From Craspedostauros australis (Eukaryota), in contig JALAGF010005797.1 of NCBI GenBank assembly GCA_030167865.1, forward strand, positions 1 to 45,839: a DNA stretch of 45,839 nucleotides, in the 5' to 3' direction. The stretch's first letter is position 1. The number at the start of each line of letters is the position of its first letter. Both the position numbers and the translations under genes were made by a program. The notes under the pieces are model-generated. The model was given only the letters and a program-made list of their open reading frames with translations. It ran no database searches and was not told the DNA's origin. This document shows positions 32,219-44,202 of the stretch, piece after piece.

Positions 32219-35153
32219 ATGTCTGCCACCAAGGACAACGTCGAAGATATCGAAAATGCTGCACCCGAAGTCGCCATGAAGGGCCAACCAAACATCCCTG
32301 GAGATCCATTCGCTGAGCGCGCAGGCAAGACCCTGACATGGACCAACATCGACATGATCCTCAAGGGGCAGGAAGGAGAGGAGGATCGCAAGCTCCTCGA
32401 CAACGTGTGGGGAGAGGTTCCTGCAAAGCAGACCACTGCCATCATGGGACCAAGGTACGCACGCGCAAACGTTGGCAACCCCGTCGTTGGATATCCAGTT
32501 TGCGACCGATGAAACCAACACAGCAACATTTGACCGGCATTCCCTTGTGTGCATTCGTTATCCACTACGATTTTATCTCACGGAACCAACTCACCAATCT
32601 ATTGCTCTTCACCACTCCCCATCTTGCAACACAAACCAACAACGATCGACGACCCAACAGTGGCGCCGGAAAGACATCCCTCCTCAACATCCTGGCTGGA
32701 CGTGCCGCTTCCCGTGGTCGCATCACCATCACCTCCGACGTCCGGCTTAACAACTACAGGGTCGATCCAACCGATGTCAAGGTGCGCCAACAGATCGCCT
32801 TCGTCGCCCAGGATGACTCCCTCCAGGTCACGTCCACGCCACGGGAGGCGATCCGCTTCTCTGCTCGCCTTCGTCTGCCTCGATCCACCACTGACGAGGA
32901 GATCGAGCTCCTCACCAACCGCATGCTGACCGAGCTCGGATTGGAGGACTGCGCCGATACCATCGTTGGAGGTGCGTTGATCAAGGGGATCAGCGGCGGG
33001 CAACGCAAGCGCGCATCCGTCGGAGTGGAGCTGGTGACCAAGCCGGCTCTCGTGTTCCTGGACGAACCCACATCTGGATTGGACAGCTTCTCCGCGGTTC
33101 AGCTTTGCCGTGTCCTGAAGAAGGTCGCGAATGCCGGATCCAGTGTCCTCTTCACCATCCACCAACCTAGCTCCGAGATCTTCAACTCCTTCGACCATCT
33201 CATCCTCATGAACAAGGGCCGTGTGATGTACCAAGGTGCAGTCGCGGCCGTGCCGGAGTACTTTGCTGAGCGCGGACAGGCAGTCCCAGAGTACTACAAC
33301 AGCGCCGACCACATCATGAACGTGGCCCAGTCAGTCGGCATTCCCGAACTTGACAAGGCTGGATTCTTCCCGGTTGACGAACGTGATCTGCCAGATCCAT
33401 TCGACGGCGAGGATACCAGCACGCACGATGCGTTGGGAGTCACAGCTCGCTCCAACAGTGGCGAGGATGACTTCGATCCACGCCCCGTCGGTCTCTTCAC
33501 TCAACTCTACCTGCTGTTCACCCGCGAGCTGGTCAACTTCCGCCGCGACACTGCGGCACTTGGAACCAAGTTCGGCCTGACAACCTTCTTGGGCATCCTC
33601 ATCGGCACCATCTTCCACGACGTCGGTGCCACCGACCCATCTGACTCTTCCAACACCCAGAGTCGATTCGGTGCTCTCGTCATCTGCCTGATGATGGGAA
33701 TGTTCGGCACAGCCCAGGATGCTCTGCTGCAGTTCCCATCAGAGCGTCCTGTCTTCCTCCGCGNNNNNNNNNNNNNNNNNNNNNNNNNNNNNNNNNNNNN
33801 NNNNNNNNNNNNNGGAGCTGGTGACCAAGCCGGCTCTCGTGTTCCTGGACGAACCCACATCTGGATTGGACAGCTTCTCCGCGGTTCAGCTTTGCCGCGT
33901 CCTGAAGAAGGTCGCGAATGCCGGATCCAGTGTCCTCTTCACCATCCACCAACCCAGCTCCGAGATCTTCAACTCCTTCGACCATCTCATCCTCATGAAC
34001 AAGGGCCGTGTGATGTACCAAGGTGCAGTAGCGGCCGTGCCGGAGTACTTTGCTGAGCGCNNACAGGCAGTCCCAGAGTACTACAACAGCGCCGACCACA
34101 TCATGAACGTGGCCCAGTCAGTCGACATTCCCGAACTCGACAAGGCTGGATTCTTCCCGGTTGACGAACGTGATCTGCCAGATCCATTCGACGGCGAGGA
34201 TACCAGCAGGCACGATGCGTTGGGAGTCACAGCTCGCTCCAACAGTGGCGAGGATGACTTCGATCCACGTCCCGTCGGTCTCTTCACTCAACTCTACCTG
34301 CTGTTCACCCGCGAGCTGGTCAACTTCCGCCGCGACACTGCGGCACTTGGAACCAAGTTCGGCCTGACANNNNNNNNNNNNNNNNNNNNNNNNNNNNNNN
34401 NNNNNNNNNNNNNNNNNNNNNNNNNNNNNNNNNNNNNNNNNNNNNNNNNNNNNNNNNNNNNNNNNNNNNNNNNNNNNNNNNNNNNNNNNNNNNNNNNNGC
34501 CCAGGATGCTCTGCTGCAGTTCCCATCAGAGCGTCCTGTCTTCCTCCGCGAGTACTCGACCAATCACTACTCCGTCTTTTCCTACTTCCTGTCCCGGCTC
34601 ACCATGGAGGCGATGGTGACCTTGGCCCAGACNNNNNNNNNNNNNNNNNNNNNNNNNNNNNNNNNNNNNNNNNNNNNNNNNNNNNNNNNNNNNNNNNNNN
34701 NNNNNNNNNNNNNNNNNNNNNNNNNNNNNCGACTTCCAGATGGATTATGGTCAGTACTTGATCATCACCTACGCTCTGTCCATGGCATCCACGGCATTGG
34801 CAGTCACGCTCGGTAGCGCAGTCGAGGATCCCAAGATGGCCACCGAGATGCTCCCAATCCTCTTCGTCCCGCAGATGCTGTTCGCGGGCTTCTTCGTTGC
34901 CACAGAGCTCATCCCATCCTGGTTGCGATGGGCGCAGTACCTTTGTTCCTTGACATACGCGCTTCGGCTGTTGGTGATCGAAGAGTTCGAGGGTTGTGAG
35001 GATGAGTTCGAGAACTGCAAGAACACCATCGACCAGCTTGAGGCCGACGACGATGAATCGTACTGGTACTGGCTGGTGCTTATCGCGCTGTTCGTGGTGT
35101 TCCGTCTGCTGGCACTCACAGTCTTGACCAACAAGGCCAGCAAATTCTACTAA
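32219..35153 (+). CDS. ABCG (White-type) half-transporter; intron 32455-32660; interrupted by N gaps and an artefactual internal duplication
   Basis: Walker A GPS|GAGKT split by a GT-AG intron; ISGGQRKR signature; LVFLDEPTSGLD; FTIHQP; TMD with ERPVFLREY, LFAGFFV and IPSWLRWAQYL; stop TAA at 35151-35153. Confidence 0.93.
33814..34550 (+). repeat. Second copy of 33027-33763 (offset 787) across an N gap; probable uncollapsed allele
   Basis: Near-identical, with 7 substitutions seen in the 556 nt compared; bounded by N runs. Confidence 0.85.
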
Positions 35154-35459
35154 TTGATGATGGGGGCGGTGCTACGTACTTATGTGTGGCGCCATACAAG
35201 TCATACCATACCATGTACTCGTACGTATGAGCACCATTGCTCTCTACAGTGACGTAGCACGTAGTAATAAACAATAGAGTGTGCATCTGATAGTCAGAGA
35301 GTGACGAAACGTTGGACGAAGCGGTGCACAACGCAGTCTACTCATGCAGCACAGCACTCGGATGGTTGTCATTCTCGTACTCGCACTCGTCGAATGGCGT
35401 TACATTATGAGATATAGCCTTCATATTGATAGGGGGAGATATCGCAGTGAATGCTCTTC

Positions 35460-36311
35460 CTACTCGTCGAGTTGAAGATCTGACGGATCTGGGAGCTCAA
35501 GGGCTGGTCCATGCTTCTTCTTGAACTCCAAATACTGTTCCAGATCAAGACCTGCGCACTTACAAAAGCGAGCATCTGTGTCTATGCAAATGGAACTTAG
35601 TGACGGGCGATACGAAGGGTTCTGCGATCGGACGAAGTACCATCGTGGCAATAACCGAGTTTTCAGCGATGCGGTCAGATACGAAACCGACACTATCGTC
35701 TCTTGTTGGCATATTTCCCAATCGTCCGACAGCAGCATGTAGCCAGTTCGGTTGAAAAAGTCGAGCGTTGGTTTGAGGTTGCTTTCTACATTCAGCCCGA
35801 TAAGTACGGGAAACTGGCGCAAGTTCTGAATCAATGAGGCTTCACCCCACACTTTGCTGATGAAATCGATTTTTGGCTGAATAGTTGTTGAGAAGTCGAG
35901 GCCAAAGACCCTTGGTGCAATGGTGAGTATGCACACTGATAGCGATCGCTCTTCCACTCCTTGTGGTACGTTCAGCGTGTGAGAAGACCAACGTGTGAAG
36001 TGGCGTCGTTCGATGTCATCGAAGAACTCAACCTTGGATTGCAAAGTCTCTATCGCCAAATTCAGTACGCGTGGCATTTTCATCACATAGTTCTTCAGTT
36101 CCTGCTGATTCAACATGGTTCGCAGGTATTCCAACATTGGTCTGATCTTGTCTTCCGACGAACAAACCAATGTGACTCCACCACCTCGGTTCATGAACAC
36201 CGTGAAATCTGTTTCAGTCATGTTCACTCTTCGCATCAGATACTCAACGCGTGGCTTCAACGCATTATTATTCGACGCCACGACAATGAACTTACAAGTC
36301 GCCACTAGCAT
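35460..36311 (-). CDS. mTERF-repeat protein, apparently lacking an N-terminal targeting region
   Basis: Repeated mTERF-like units: LKPRVEYL, KIRPMLEYL..MPRVLNLAIETLQSKVEFF, APRVFGLDFSTTIQPKIDFI, FPVLIGLNVESNLKPTLDFF, YLTASLKTRLLPRWYF. The frame closes at about 36357, so the true start is uncertain. Confidence 0.7.
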   Translation of the reverse strand: MLVATCKFIVVASNNNALKPRVEYLMRRVNMTETDFTVFMNRGGGVTLVCSSEDKIRPMLEYLRTMLNQQELKNYVMKMPRVLNLAIETLQSKVEFFDDIERRHFTRWSSHTLNVPQGVEERSLSVCILTIAPRVFGLDFSTTIQPKIDFISKVWGEASLIQNLRQFPVLIGLNVESNLKPTLDFFNRTGYMLLSDDWEICQQETIVSVSYLTASLKTRLLPRWYFVRSQNPSYRPSLSSICIDTDARFCKCAGLDLEQYLEFKKKHGPALELPDPSDLQLDE

Positions 36312-39300
36312 GGCGAGGAACTTGATCAATCTTGTATGAATATCTCGTTGATGATATCAATGTTCGATCAAACCATGAAAACTCCAACTGACAGCATAGT
36401 ACAAAGACACTGCAATGAAATCGTCGTGCGATGAATGGCTGCAACTCTGACCGTCAGACAGAACGCGACAACGATTCTATCCTTAAAAAAATCCAAATGC
36501 ATCTGGATTCAAGGGTACACGGCAATTTTTCGCGTAGCCATTTTGGCGAATGTCCCAGAATCTTTAGATGCTATCAACGAAAGTTGGATGGTGCCCACGA
36601 TAAAAAACGACCCTGGCGATCAGACAGGCTGGAACGAAGAAAGCCCAGCAAATAAAATATTGACAGATTGATTCTCCTTTTCAAAACATTTCGGGCTCAG
36701 TTTGGGAATTCGCAAGGCAAACAACAAAAGATTTCTTGATGTATTCCGTTTGACCAGATTCATGACCAAATCAAAGCATTGTGCAAAAAAGTCCGACTAC
36801 CATCATCCCGGTGCACACGGCCTGCGCCGACATCAAAACTCAACTTGAAACCGACATGACCCAAAATGGTGCCAAACCGGAAGTGATGAAGAGCCGCGAT
36901 GATTGTCATCATCATGCTGAACGAGCCACTCAGAAAATCTGATGACCGCACCAACGCGGCACATCATTCCAGTGTCACTCGACTCTCAGCATGCAACGAC
37001 GTCCACGAGGTTTTCGAACTATCCCCCCTACCTTTCATGGGACGGCATTCGCAGATTTCCACAGGAAATCGACAACTAGACCCTAGTCGAAGCAAACAAG
37101 CAAGGACAGTTTCATCGCCGACATCCTCCCTCGCTTGTCAACACTATCTCACGTGTACGAGCACTTGGCACACCTGTCGCATAGAGCGTTCAAGCTCAGT
37201 TTTTCTATCAGGAACCCTACATTGGATTCTGCCCCGTCTCGTCGCACACCAATCAACTCTCTTTTCCAAATCCAATTGGAACGTGGAGATCCACGTTTGA
37301 GACGATCTGGTCTGAATGAAGCCTCATTTCCTTCTGTCAACTTCCTCCCAGTTTGCAGGCCAATCCCAGTCGTTTCATTGTGCATGAATTCAACATGACC
37401 TCCGATAGTAAGGAATGTGGAGAGTACTTTATGGTTACGTTCCATCACAAGGAAAATGTTCATTGTTTTTTCGTCGCGTGTAGGTCAAAGTTTGATGGTT
37501 GCATGTCCCAAGAATGTTTTTGCTAACGAAAACCAGGAAACCCTATTCAGCGCGGAGTTGAGTAAGGAAGACCATTCTGACTAGAAAGGGCACATCGAGG
37601 CAAGCGCTCGTGTGGCCTCTTGCACCCATCAACTGGTAAAGAGCAACACAATTGGGAGTCCGTAGAACGAGAAGACATGAATAGACAATAACTTGAACGG
37701 CATTTAATACCTACGACCAACACTATGGCCCCTCCTAGGTAGTGGGCGACCATTTATCATTTGAGTGGCGTTGCGGACCTCCTGATCTCCGTTCTTGTTG
37801 TGTTATGTTTTTTGTCTTGTCGAGCTGAAACAGCAATGAAAATAGCAGAAACGAGCCTGTAATACTGCTTGAATTGTTGTTATATGTCTCTTCAAGGTTG
37901 GCAGGTCTCGACAGTATAATGCTTACTTCGATCATGAATATACATGCAACATAACCGCTCACAGTTGGAAAGATCTACTCGAGCCACGAAGTGATCTCTC
38001 CGCAGGGATGGAGTAGTGCAGACTACGAACCAAATCTCGGTTGAATGAAAGGTTATGATATGTACGATTCAAGTTGCTCGGTTCCTTGTCCGTCTTGATC
38101 ATTGCATACAATCGATACGATTGCCCTACGGAACGGTTGTCTTCAGTCCGCTCCTCGTGATTTGCAGACAGTGTGACAACTCCTCCAAATCTGCATACTC
38201 CCCTTCGGAAAAATGGAATTGCCTTGCACATAGAGGACGACTTGGTACTGAATACAGCTTGAACGACGCTATGGTGAAATCGGTGCTGTCTCCAGCGAGG
38301 GACTCCTTTTCGATTCTTGCGATGAAGTGGTCACAGCACGAAATGTGCGAGCGTACGACAATGATGCTCTCAGCTCACAATTGCATGGCTGATTCTCCGC
38401 TTGCGTCGATAGAGGTATCTTTAGCGCCACTACAATGGATAGGAAAAGTGGGATTGGTGCTACATGGGAAGGAAACACCTCGCGGAGGTTTGTATTGCTT
38501 TTCTCATCGTACCAACAATGATCATGGCGAATGTTGGTTGTATTGCGTTTCCATGGTCTATTGCAACCTTAGGGTGATGCCCACGGACCAATGCCAATCT
38601 GAAGTTTGAGTTTGGCCATATGGCATGGGGTTTGCGCTTCGATCGAGAGCGTGATGCTGATGTGTCAACCTATGTTCTCGCTTTGCCTTGTTCATACGAT
38701 GAAAACCCCAACGAATTGCGCATGATCGAGGAAACTTCGCTGATGCATTGGGTCGACATGTCCCGCGAAAATGATTGAGGGTTCCGATCGCCCTTTCTGG
38801 GGTATTTGAATGTTCTGCACACTGTACACCAGTACTGAGTGTGCAATGCAACGAATCTGCAACGAAGGAGAATGCTTGGAACGAAATGAACTGCTCACAG
38901 ATTTCAATCTTTGCTCTATTCGTAGTTTCTTCGGCGATGTAAACGTGGAAGAGCAATCTCCGTGCGTCGTATGTTCGCGTTCGACGCCATTGTCCGGGTT
39001 TATGCTGCGTTTAAACTCGTCACAAAAAAGATACGAATAAAGATGCAGAGATGTGCCGTGACGGTTCATTTCAAGTTGAAGGGTTGGCTCACCAGATTGT
39101 GACAGCCAAGGATATCAAAGCGAGTATGTTCTCTAAGCGGTGGTCCTTGAACGATTTTTGTGTTGTGGGAGCGGGTGACTATTCGATTTTCATTGAATTG
39201 GCAACACATCGAACCTGTTCTTTCATGGACTGCCCATTCTGTGACGGAAGACCACGCATGTGGTATCGTTGAGAATCGAAGGGAGGCATCCCCACACTAT

Positions 39301-41657
39301 GAAAATCGCCATAGGGTGAGAGCCATTCTTTCGTCTTCACGGCGAACGCTTGTTGCTCTCCCCGCCTTATGAACATGGTGATGGATGTCCCGCACGAGGA
39401 ATTCTCTTCTCATCCATCTCGGTAGAGCATCCTAAAAGCAGCAAGCCAAATGGATTGTTCGAATGAACCACCATAAGGTTCGACATACCCAAGGGATCTC
39501 ACCAATGCATGCATGGTCAGCTTTTTATTTGAACACAATGCGCTGAATGGATTAGGGCCATTTCCCATTCCGCTTGGCACTTCAAAATCTTGCTTACTTT
39601 TCAAGGGATCGATCGGTATTCACAGTGGAACACCTATATGAGTAGAATGAGCAATGCAAGAACAAGTATGGAAGTATTTGTTACCCGTTTTTACTCAATC
39701 AGAGCACAATTTACATGTTCGTGGATTCGACTCGAAATTTTGCGAGTCGAGGTCGTCGAGCAACAGGAACGATAGAATTCTTGCAAAGCATGGTATTGAA
39801 GCAGACATCGGAAATATTGTCCTCGGCACAGCGCATTGCTGCACTTGTTGTTACAGGAATCATCCATCATGAGAAGTCTACTTTGGAACTCGGTCGTCCA
39901 TGGATGGTGATAGGACTTGAAAATACTGGTTGGTTTCTGATTCTGGTGTATTGCTCTGGTATGCTTGGAATCGCACAACGTCATATCCTTTCGAATTCGA
40001 GTCCATTGAGCGGATGCACTGAGACGAACACAAAACCCCACAAGACTGTTCTCGATTGTTCGTTCCCATGCAGAATCGTGTTGGCACTTGCTTTCGTGAT
40101 TTTACCGCAATCTATGCCTGTTCGGACCTTGGTGTGTCTCAGTTTGAAAGACGTGAATGAATCACGCAGATATGCTAATACCGGCTGTAGTTCCAACCGT
40201 TCGTCGCGTTAGTGTGGCGGTTGTTGTGAATTGTGGAGAGGCAAGAATGGCGAAACTGGCTGCTTTTTTGCGTTCACGACGTGACAGCAATGTTGTGTGC
40301 GTTCTGCCTCCTTCAGAATTCACACATTACGCTGGCGTTTTGGTCTTCCCTGGCCTTTCACCAATGTGTGTGCCTTCTTCTGATTTTCATGAAACGCTGA
40401 TTTCAATGCTGGTGCGTCGGATGTCTTTTGTTGAGCATTCGCAGGTCTGTTTGTTCATGTTTATTGCAATCTCCCCTTGCTGCCAGAGGGCCGCAGGTAC
40501 TGACAAGCCATCATTTATCGATTCGCTTCCATTGGGGAAGAACCATGCCAACCTGGCTGACATCAACCTCGATATCGATATGATCTTCTTCGCCGTCTGC
40601 GATGGCAATGAATGATCTTCGGAAGTCGCTGCGATCTCGACATCCCCGCAGCACGAGTTGATCTACCAGCAGCATGCAGATTTGACTAGCGGAGACTGAG
40701 CGTTTGGCTGTGCGGAGCACGCCGCATCGCATGATGCGTGCCTTTGGTCAGACTGGGTAGGAGTCGCAGCCACGAACACGCCTCTCTGTTTGACTTGTGT
40801 GTATGTGTGGTTGAGTAGCTGGGTGAACAATCAGGAAACAATCAGCGAAACACAACGAATGGTACGGGCACAATCGTGAAGAGACAGAAGCTGCTTCTTG
40901 TACGACTGTGTACTACTGTTCCTCCGTGGCTTTTCGGTTTGGTTAGTTGCTTCAGTACACAACAGATCAAAGAGTACATTATTGCGCAATACAGTCATTA
41001 CTGATCTCATCCACGATGGCAAGATCTTCGAATGGTTGAGCTCGGTCTTTCCTTCTTGTGGGTGAGTTGTCCCATTAGCATTTCAATGTTTGTACTGAAG
41101 TGCTCTACTCCCTCTCTCTCTCTCTCTTGCATCAGATGTTTCATTTTGTTTCGGACCACGTTGGAGAATGACGAGATCTGGACTTGTACGAATAATCTAG
41201 CTTAATTGTTTTAGCGCAAGAAAAGAAGTCGATCGAGTCGACAAGTAGAACGCGATTCACAACGATCCAGCTCACGTCACAATTTCGGTTGTTGCTTGTG
41301 CGTTGGAGGGGCTTTCATCGCGCGGACGGCGAACTGTTGTCGACTTCGTCATTGTTGTTTCCATCAATCACGCGCCGAAACCGACACAACCACACCAGCA
41401 AAGAGCAAAAGACGCTCCACCAGCAACAACAACAACAACTCGCTCTCTCTTGAGAGAGCAAAGTACAACAACTCTGATCAATCTACTGTTATATGCACAA
41501 GCAGTCATCTCCTTCTGTGCTCGTTTGGTGCTCCTATCGTGTTGGGCGAACACAAATACTGGCGCAGGACGTGCATCAGTTTCTGTTGTCTGCAGCACTT
41601 CCGCGTGGGACACAAACCAAACAAAGAACGTCAACAGCAAGAGCAACGGCAGGAGCA

Positions 41658-43160
41658 ATGGGGAGGAAAAAACACCATCTCAACACCATGGCGCGGTCAA
41701 TAACGTATGCCATACCATCCGATACGAAGACCTCGTCCATTGGCGGTGCGAGAACCAATCATTTGATCATCATCATTTTCGTTGTCACAATTGCGGTGAC
41801 GAATTGGATGGCGTCTGCGCGTATCTTGGGATCTTTCCACGAACCAGCCGATTATGTGCACGCGGATGCCGCCAGTGGTCCAACCACGGCTGCTGGATAT
41901 GACTCAAATCGATCCCGATGGGCCCACAACATCACAGACTACCCTGCTTTCATGTTGCAGTGGCCATTAGATCCTTTCCAACCAGACGAATGCGACATCT
42001 TCAACACATCAATGCCATACGTCTTCACAGTCACTGACTACCCGAGGTCATACGGCTTGGATGACATCTTCCACGTCGAGCATGGCAATCTTAGTGAGGC
42101 CTGGGATCGAGTCGGCATCACAACGAATGAGGGTGGTCGGACGAACATGACGGGGAAAGAGCAAATTCCCGCCAACGAAGTCAAGGTCGCTTTATGTACG
42201 ATAGGTGAACAAAATGTGATCTGGCAATTCCCACATCTGATGCAAAACCTCGTGCCATGCTGGTCGCTGTGGCGACACTTCCCAGACGCTCAACATATTC
42301 TGAATGTTGGTATGCCCTTTAAGCCACGTTTCTTCAAGACGTCCGCGTTCAGTGCCGGCATGTTCAAGGTTTTGCGAGGAAGCAACATCACTGTCGTGCG
42401 CAGGGATCATGATCAACTAATTGCAGAAGCCAAGCCCGCGGAAGGCACTCTCATCGTTGCTCGTGCGAAGATGAATCTGCTCAGTGGTTACAGAGCAGGC
42501 CACAAGGATGACATGCAACATCTGCGACGAAGTACCTTGTCCGTCCTTGGTATGGACCACTACATGGGCAGATCGTGCGGGATGACTGCCTCGTCCAATG
42601 GGCAAGGCACATCACCCACAGGGTCTGCAACCAATGATGAATCAGGAACAAGCGGCATGTCAAATGCCAACCAGTCCCGCACACCACGCATCGCAATTAT
42701 CAATCGCATGAGCAGAAGGCGACTTAAGGGGGCACACAACGTCTCCATGCTTCTGCAGGAGGAACTTGGTCTTCCGTACAGACCACCTGTCGTCTTTTTG
42801 GAGAACATGCGATTCGCTCTGCAAGTAGAGATATTCGCCAACATCGATATTCTTCTGACACCGCATGGCGCACAGCTGACGTCGCTCCCATTCATGCCTC
42901 GTTGCGGCTCGGTGATAGAGGTGATGCCCTATGGGTACGACTGGAACAACTACTTTGGAACGCTAGCCGCGATGTCCGGTGTGAACCACTCGTTCATCTA
43001 CCTTGGAGAAGATATAGCTGCGGAAACTGCGCTCTTCACAACTCCCGTGCAGCATAAGGAGAGGCGCTCAGTTTTGCTGTGCGCGCCAGCACATGCCATG
43101 GCAGAGACCGTGAGAATCCAGGTTGATCGGTGGCAAGAATGCTGTGGATTTGCGCTTTAG
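41658..43160 (+). CDS. Glycosyltransferase family 61 (DUF563)-like type II membrane protein (about 500 aa)
   Basis: Short basic N-terminus; TM HLIIIIFVVTIAVTNWMAS; FPHLMQ; PRIAIINR; FALQVEIFANIDILLTPHGAQLTSLPFMPRCGSVIEVMP (GT61 HGA signature). Confidence 0.85.
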   Translation: MGRKKHHLNTMARSITYAIPSDTKTSSIGGARTNHLIIIIFVVTIAVTNWMASARILGSFHEPADYVHADAASGPTTAAGYDSNRSRWAHNITDYPAFMLQWPLDPFQPDECDIFNTSMPYVFTVTDYPRSYGLDDIFHVEHGNLSEAWDRVGITTNEGGRTNMTGKEQIPANEVKVALCTIGEQNVIWQFPHLMQNLVPCWSLWRHFPDAQHILNVGMPFKPRFFKTSAFSAGMFKVLRGSNITVVRRDHDQLIAEAKPAEGTLIVARAKMNLLSGYRAGHKDDMQHLRRSTLSVLGMDHYMGRSCGMTASSNGQGTSPTGSATNDESGTSGMSNANQSRTPRIAIINRMSRRRLKGAHNVSMLLQEELGLPYRPPVVFLENMRFALQVEIFANIDILLTPHGAQLTSLPFMPRCGSVIEVMPYGYDWNNYFGTLAAMSGVNHSFIYLGEDIAAETALFTTPVQHKERRSVLLCAPAHAMAETVRIQVDRWQECCGFAL

Positions 43161-43362
43161 CGTCGTGGGAAAGCAGTCACATTCGCGCCGCGGATGGTCA
43201 GCGCGTATGAGTATGGGATGTAGTCTATCGTTCTGCGAAGGGCGACAACGAATTCCAAATAGTCTCTCTCTCAAGAGAGAGAGAAGAGCACGTATAGACA
43301 CACGAAGGTCGACTCTTCGATGGTATATGTATTTGGATTTGATATCCACGAGGAAATTTTCA

Positions 43363-43446
43363 TGTCTCAGGAGACAAAATCGGGCCTTTTTGTCTCCTGA
43401 GACAAGGCACCCGGATGTGGACCAAGAATGTTGTCTCAGGAGACAA
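43363..43446. repeat. Array of palindromic TGTCTC-NN-GAGACA units; candidate DNA-transposon subterminal region
   Basis: Units at 43363-43376, 43391-43404 (inverted) and 43432-43445. 43363-43379 and 43388-43404 form a perfect 17-bp inverted repeat with an 8-nt loop. Confidence 0.75.
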
Positions 43447-43814
43447 ACTCAAAATTAGTGCGGTAAATTAACACGGAGCCGAAAGACAGCGGACTCAATC
43501 GAGTAAAACCAAAAACAACAACACCCAAAACCGCAAATTGTCTCCTGTGCTTTTCCGACCAGGAACCCAAATACTGCGTAGTTTCCCGTGCTTTTTGACC
43601 ATCAACCGACATATGTTGGCTTCGTTGATATCTGACTAAACTACTCACTGCAGAGCACATGAATGACATAGATCTTGTGCAAAATATGCATGGTGTTGTC
43701 TAGCTGTTGCTGTACTTGCTTGCTATGGGATTGAGGGGGCAAGAGTCAGGTATCTTCGTCCCCTNNNNNNNNNNNNNNNNNNNNNNNNNNNNNNNNNNNN
43801 NNNNNNNNNNNNNN

Positions 43815-44202
43815 AAATCGGGCCTTTTTGTCTCCTGAGACAAGGCACCCGGATGTGGACCAAGAATGTTGTCTCAGGAGACAAACTCAAAATTAGTGCG
43901 GTAAATTAACACGGAGCCGAAAGACAGCGGACTCAATCGAGTAAAACCAAAAACAACAACACCCAAAACCGCAAATTGTCTCCTGTGCTTTTCCGACCAG
44001 GAANCCAAATACTGCGTANTTTCCCGTGCTTTTTGACCATCAACCGACATATGTTGGCTTCGTTGATATCTGACTAAACTACTCACTGCAGAGCACATGA
44101 ATGACATAGATCTTGTGCAAAATATACATGGTGTTGTCTAGCTGTTGCTGTACTTGCTTGCTATGGGATTGAGGGGGCAAGAGTCAGGTATCTTCGTCCC
44201 CT
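43815..44202 (+). repeat. Copy of 43377-43764 across a 50-N gap; probable assembly artefact
   Basis: Identical apart from one substitution and two Ns; offset 438. Confidence 0.85.

Noticed and set aside
33814..34816. Second ABCG gene or full-size two-NBD transporter
   Set aside because: The duplicate begins mid-NBD at a gap edge and continues collinearly; best explained as the other allele.
36431..40732. Short ORFs in the low-GC block (e.g. 38055-38609, 39715-40212, 40157-40615)
   Set aside because: No recognisable motifs, signal peptides or host-like codon bias.
5263..43160. A single cell-wall/secretion gene cluster (silicanins, TM9SF, ABCG, GT61)
   Set aside because: These genes are interspersed with unrelated housekeeping genes and TE relics over 38 kb; nothing in the sequence supports co-regulation.
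43363..43446. CRISPR-like array
   Set aside because: Only three 14-nt units in mixed orientation with irregular short spacers; eukaryotic context and no cas genes.
43377..44202. 388-nt direct repeat resembling an LTR pair
   Set aside because: Separated only by a 50-N gap, with no internal sequence, TG..CA ends or TSD; an assembly artefact.
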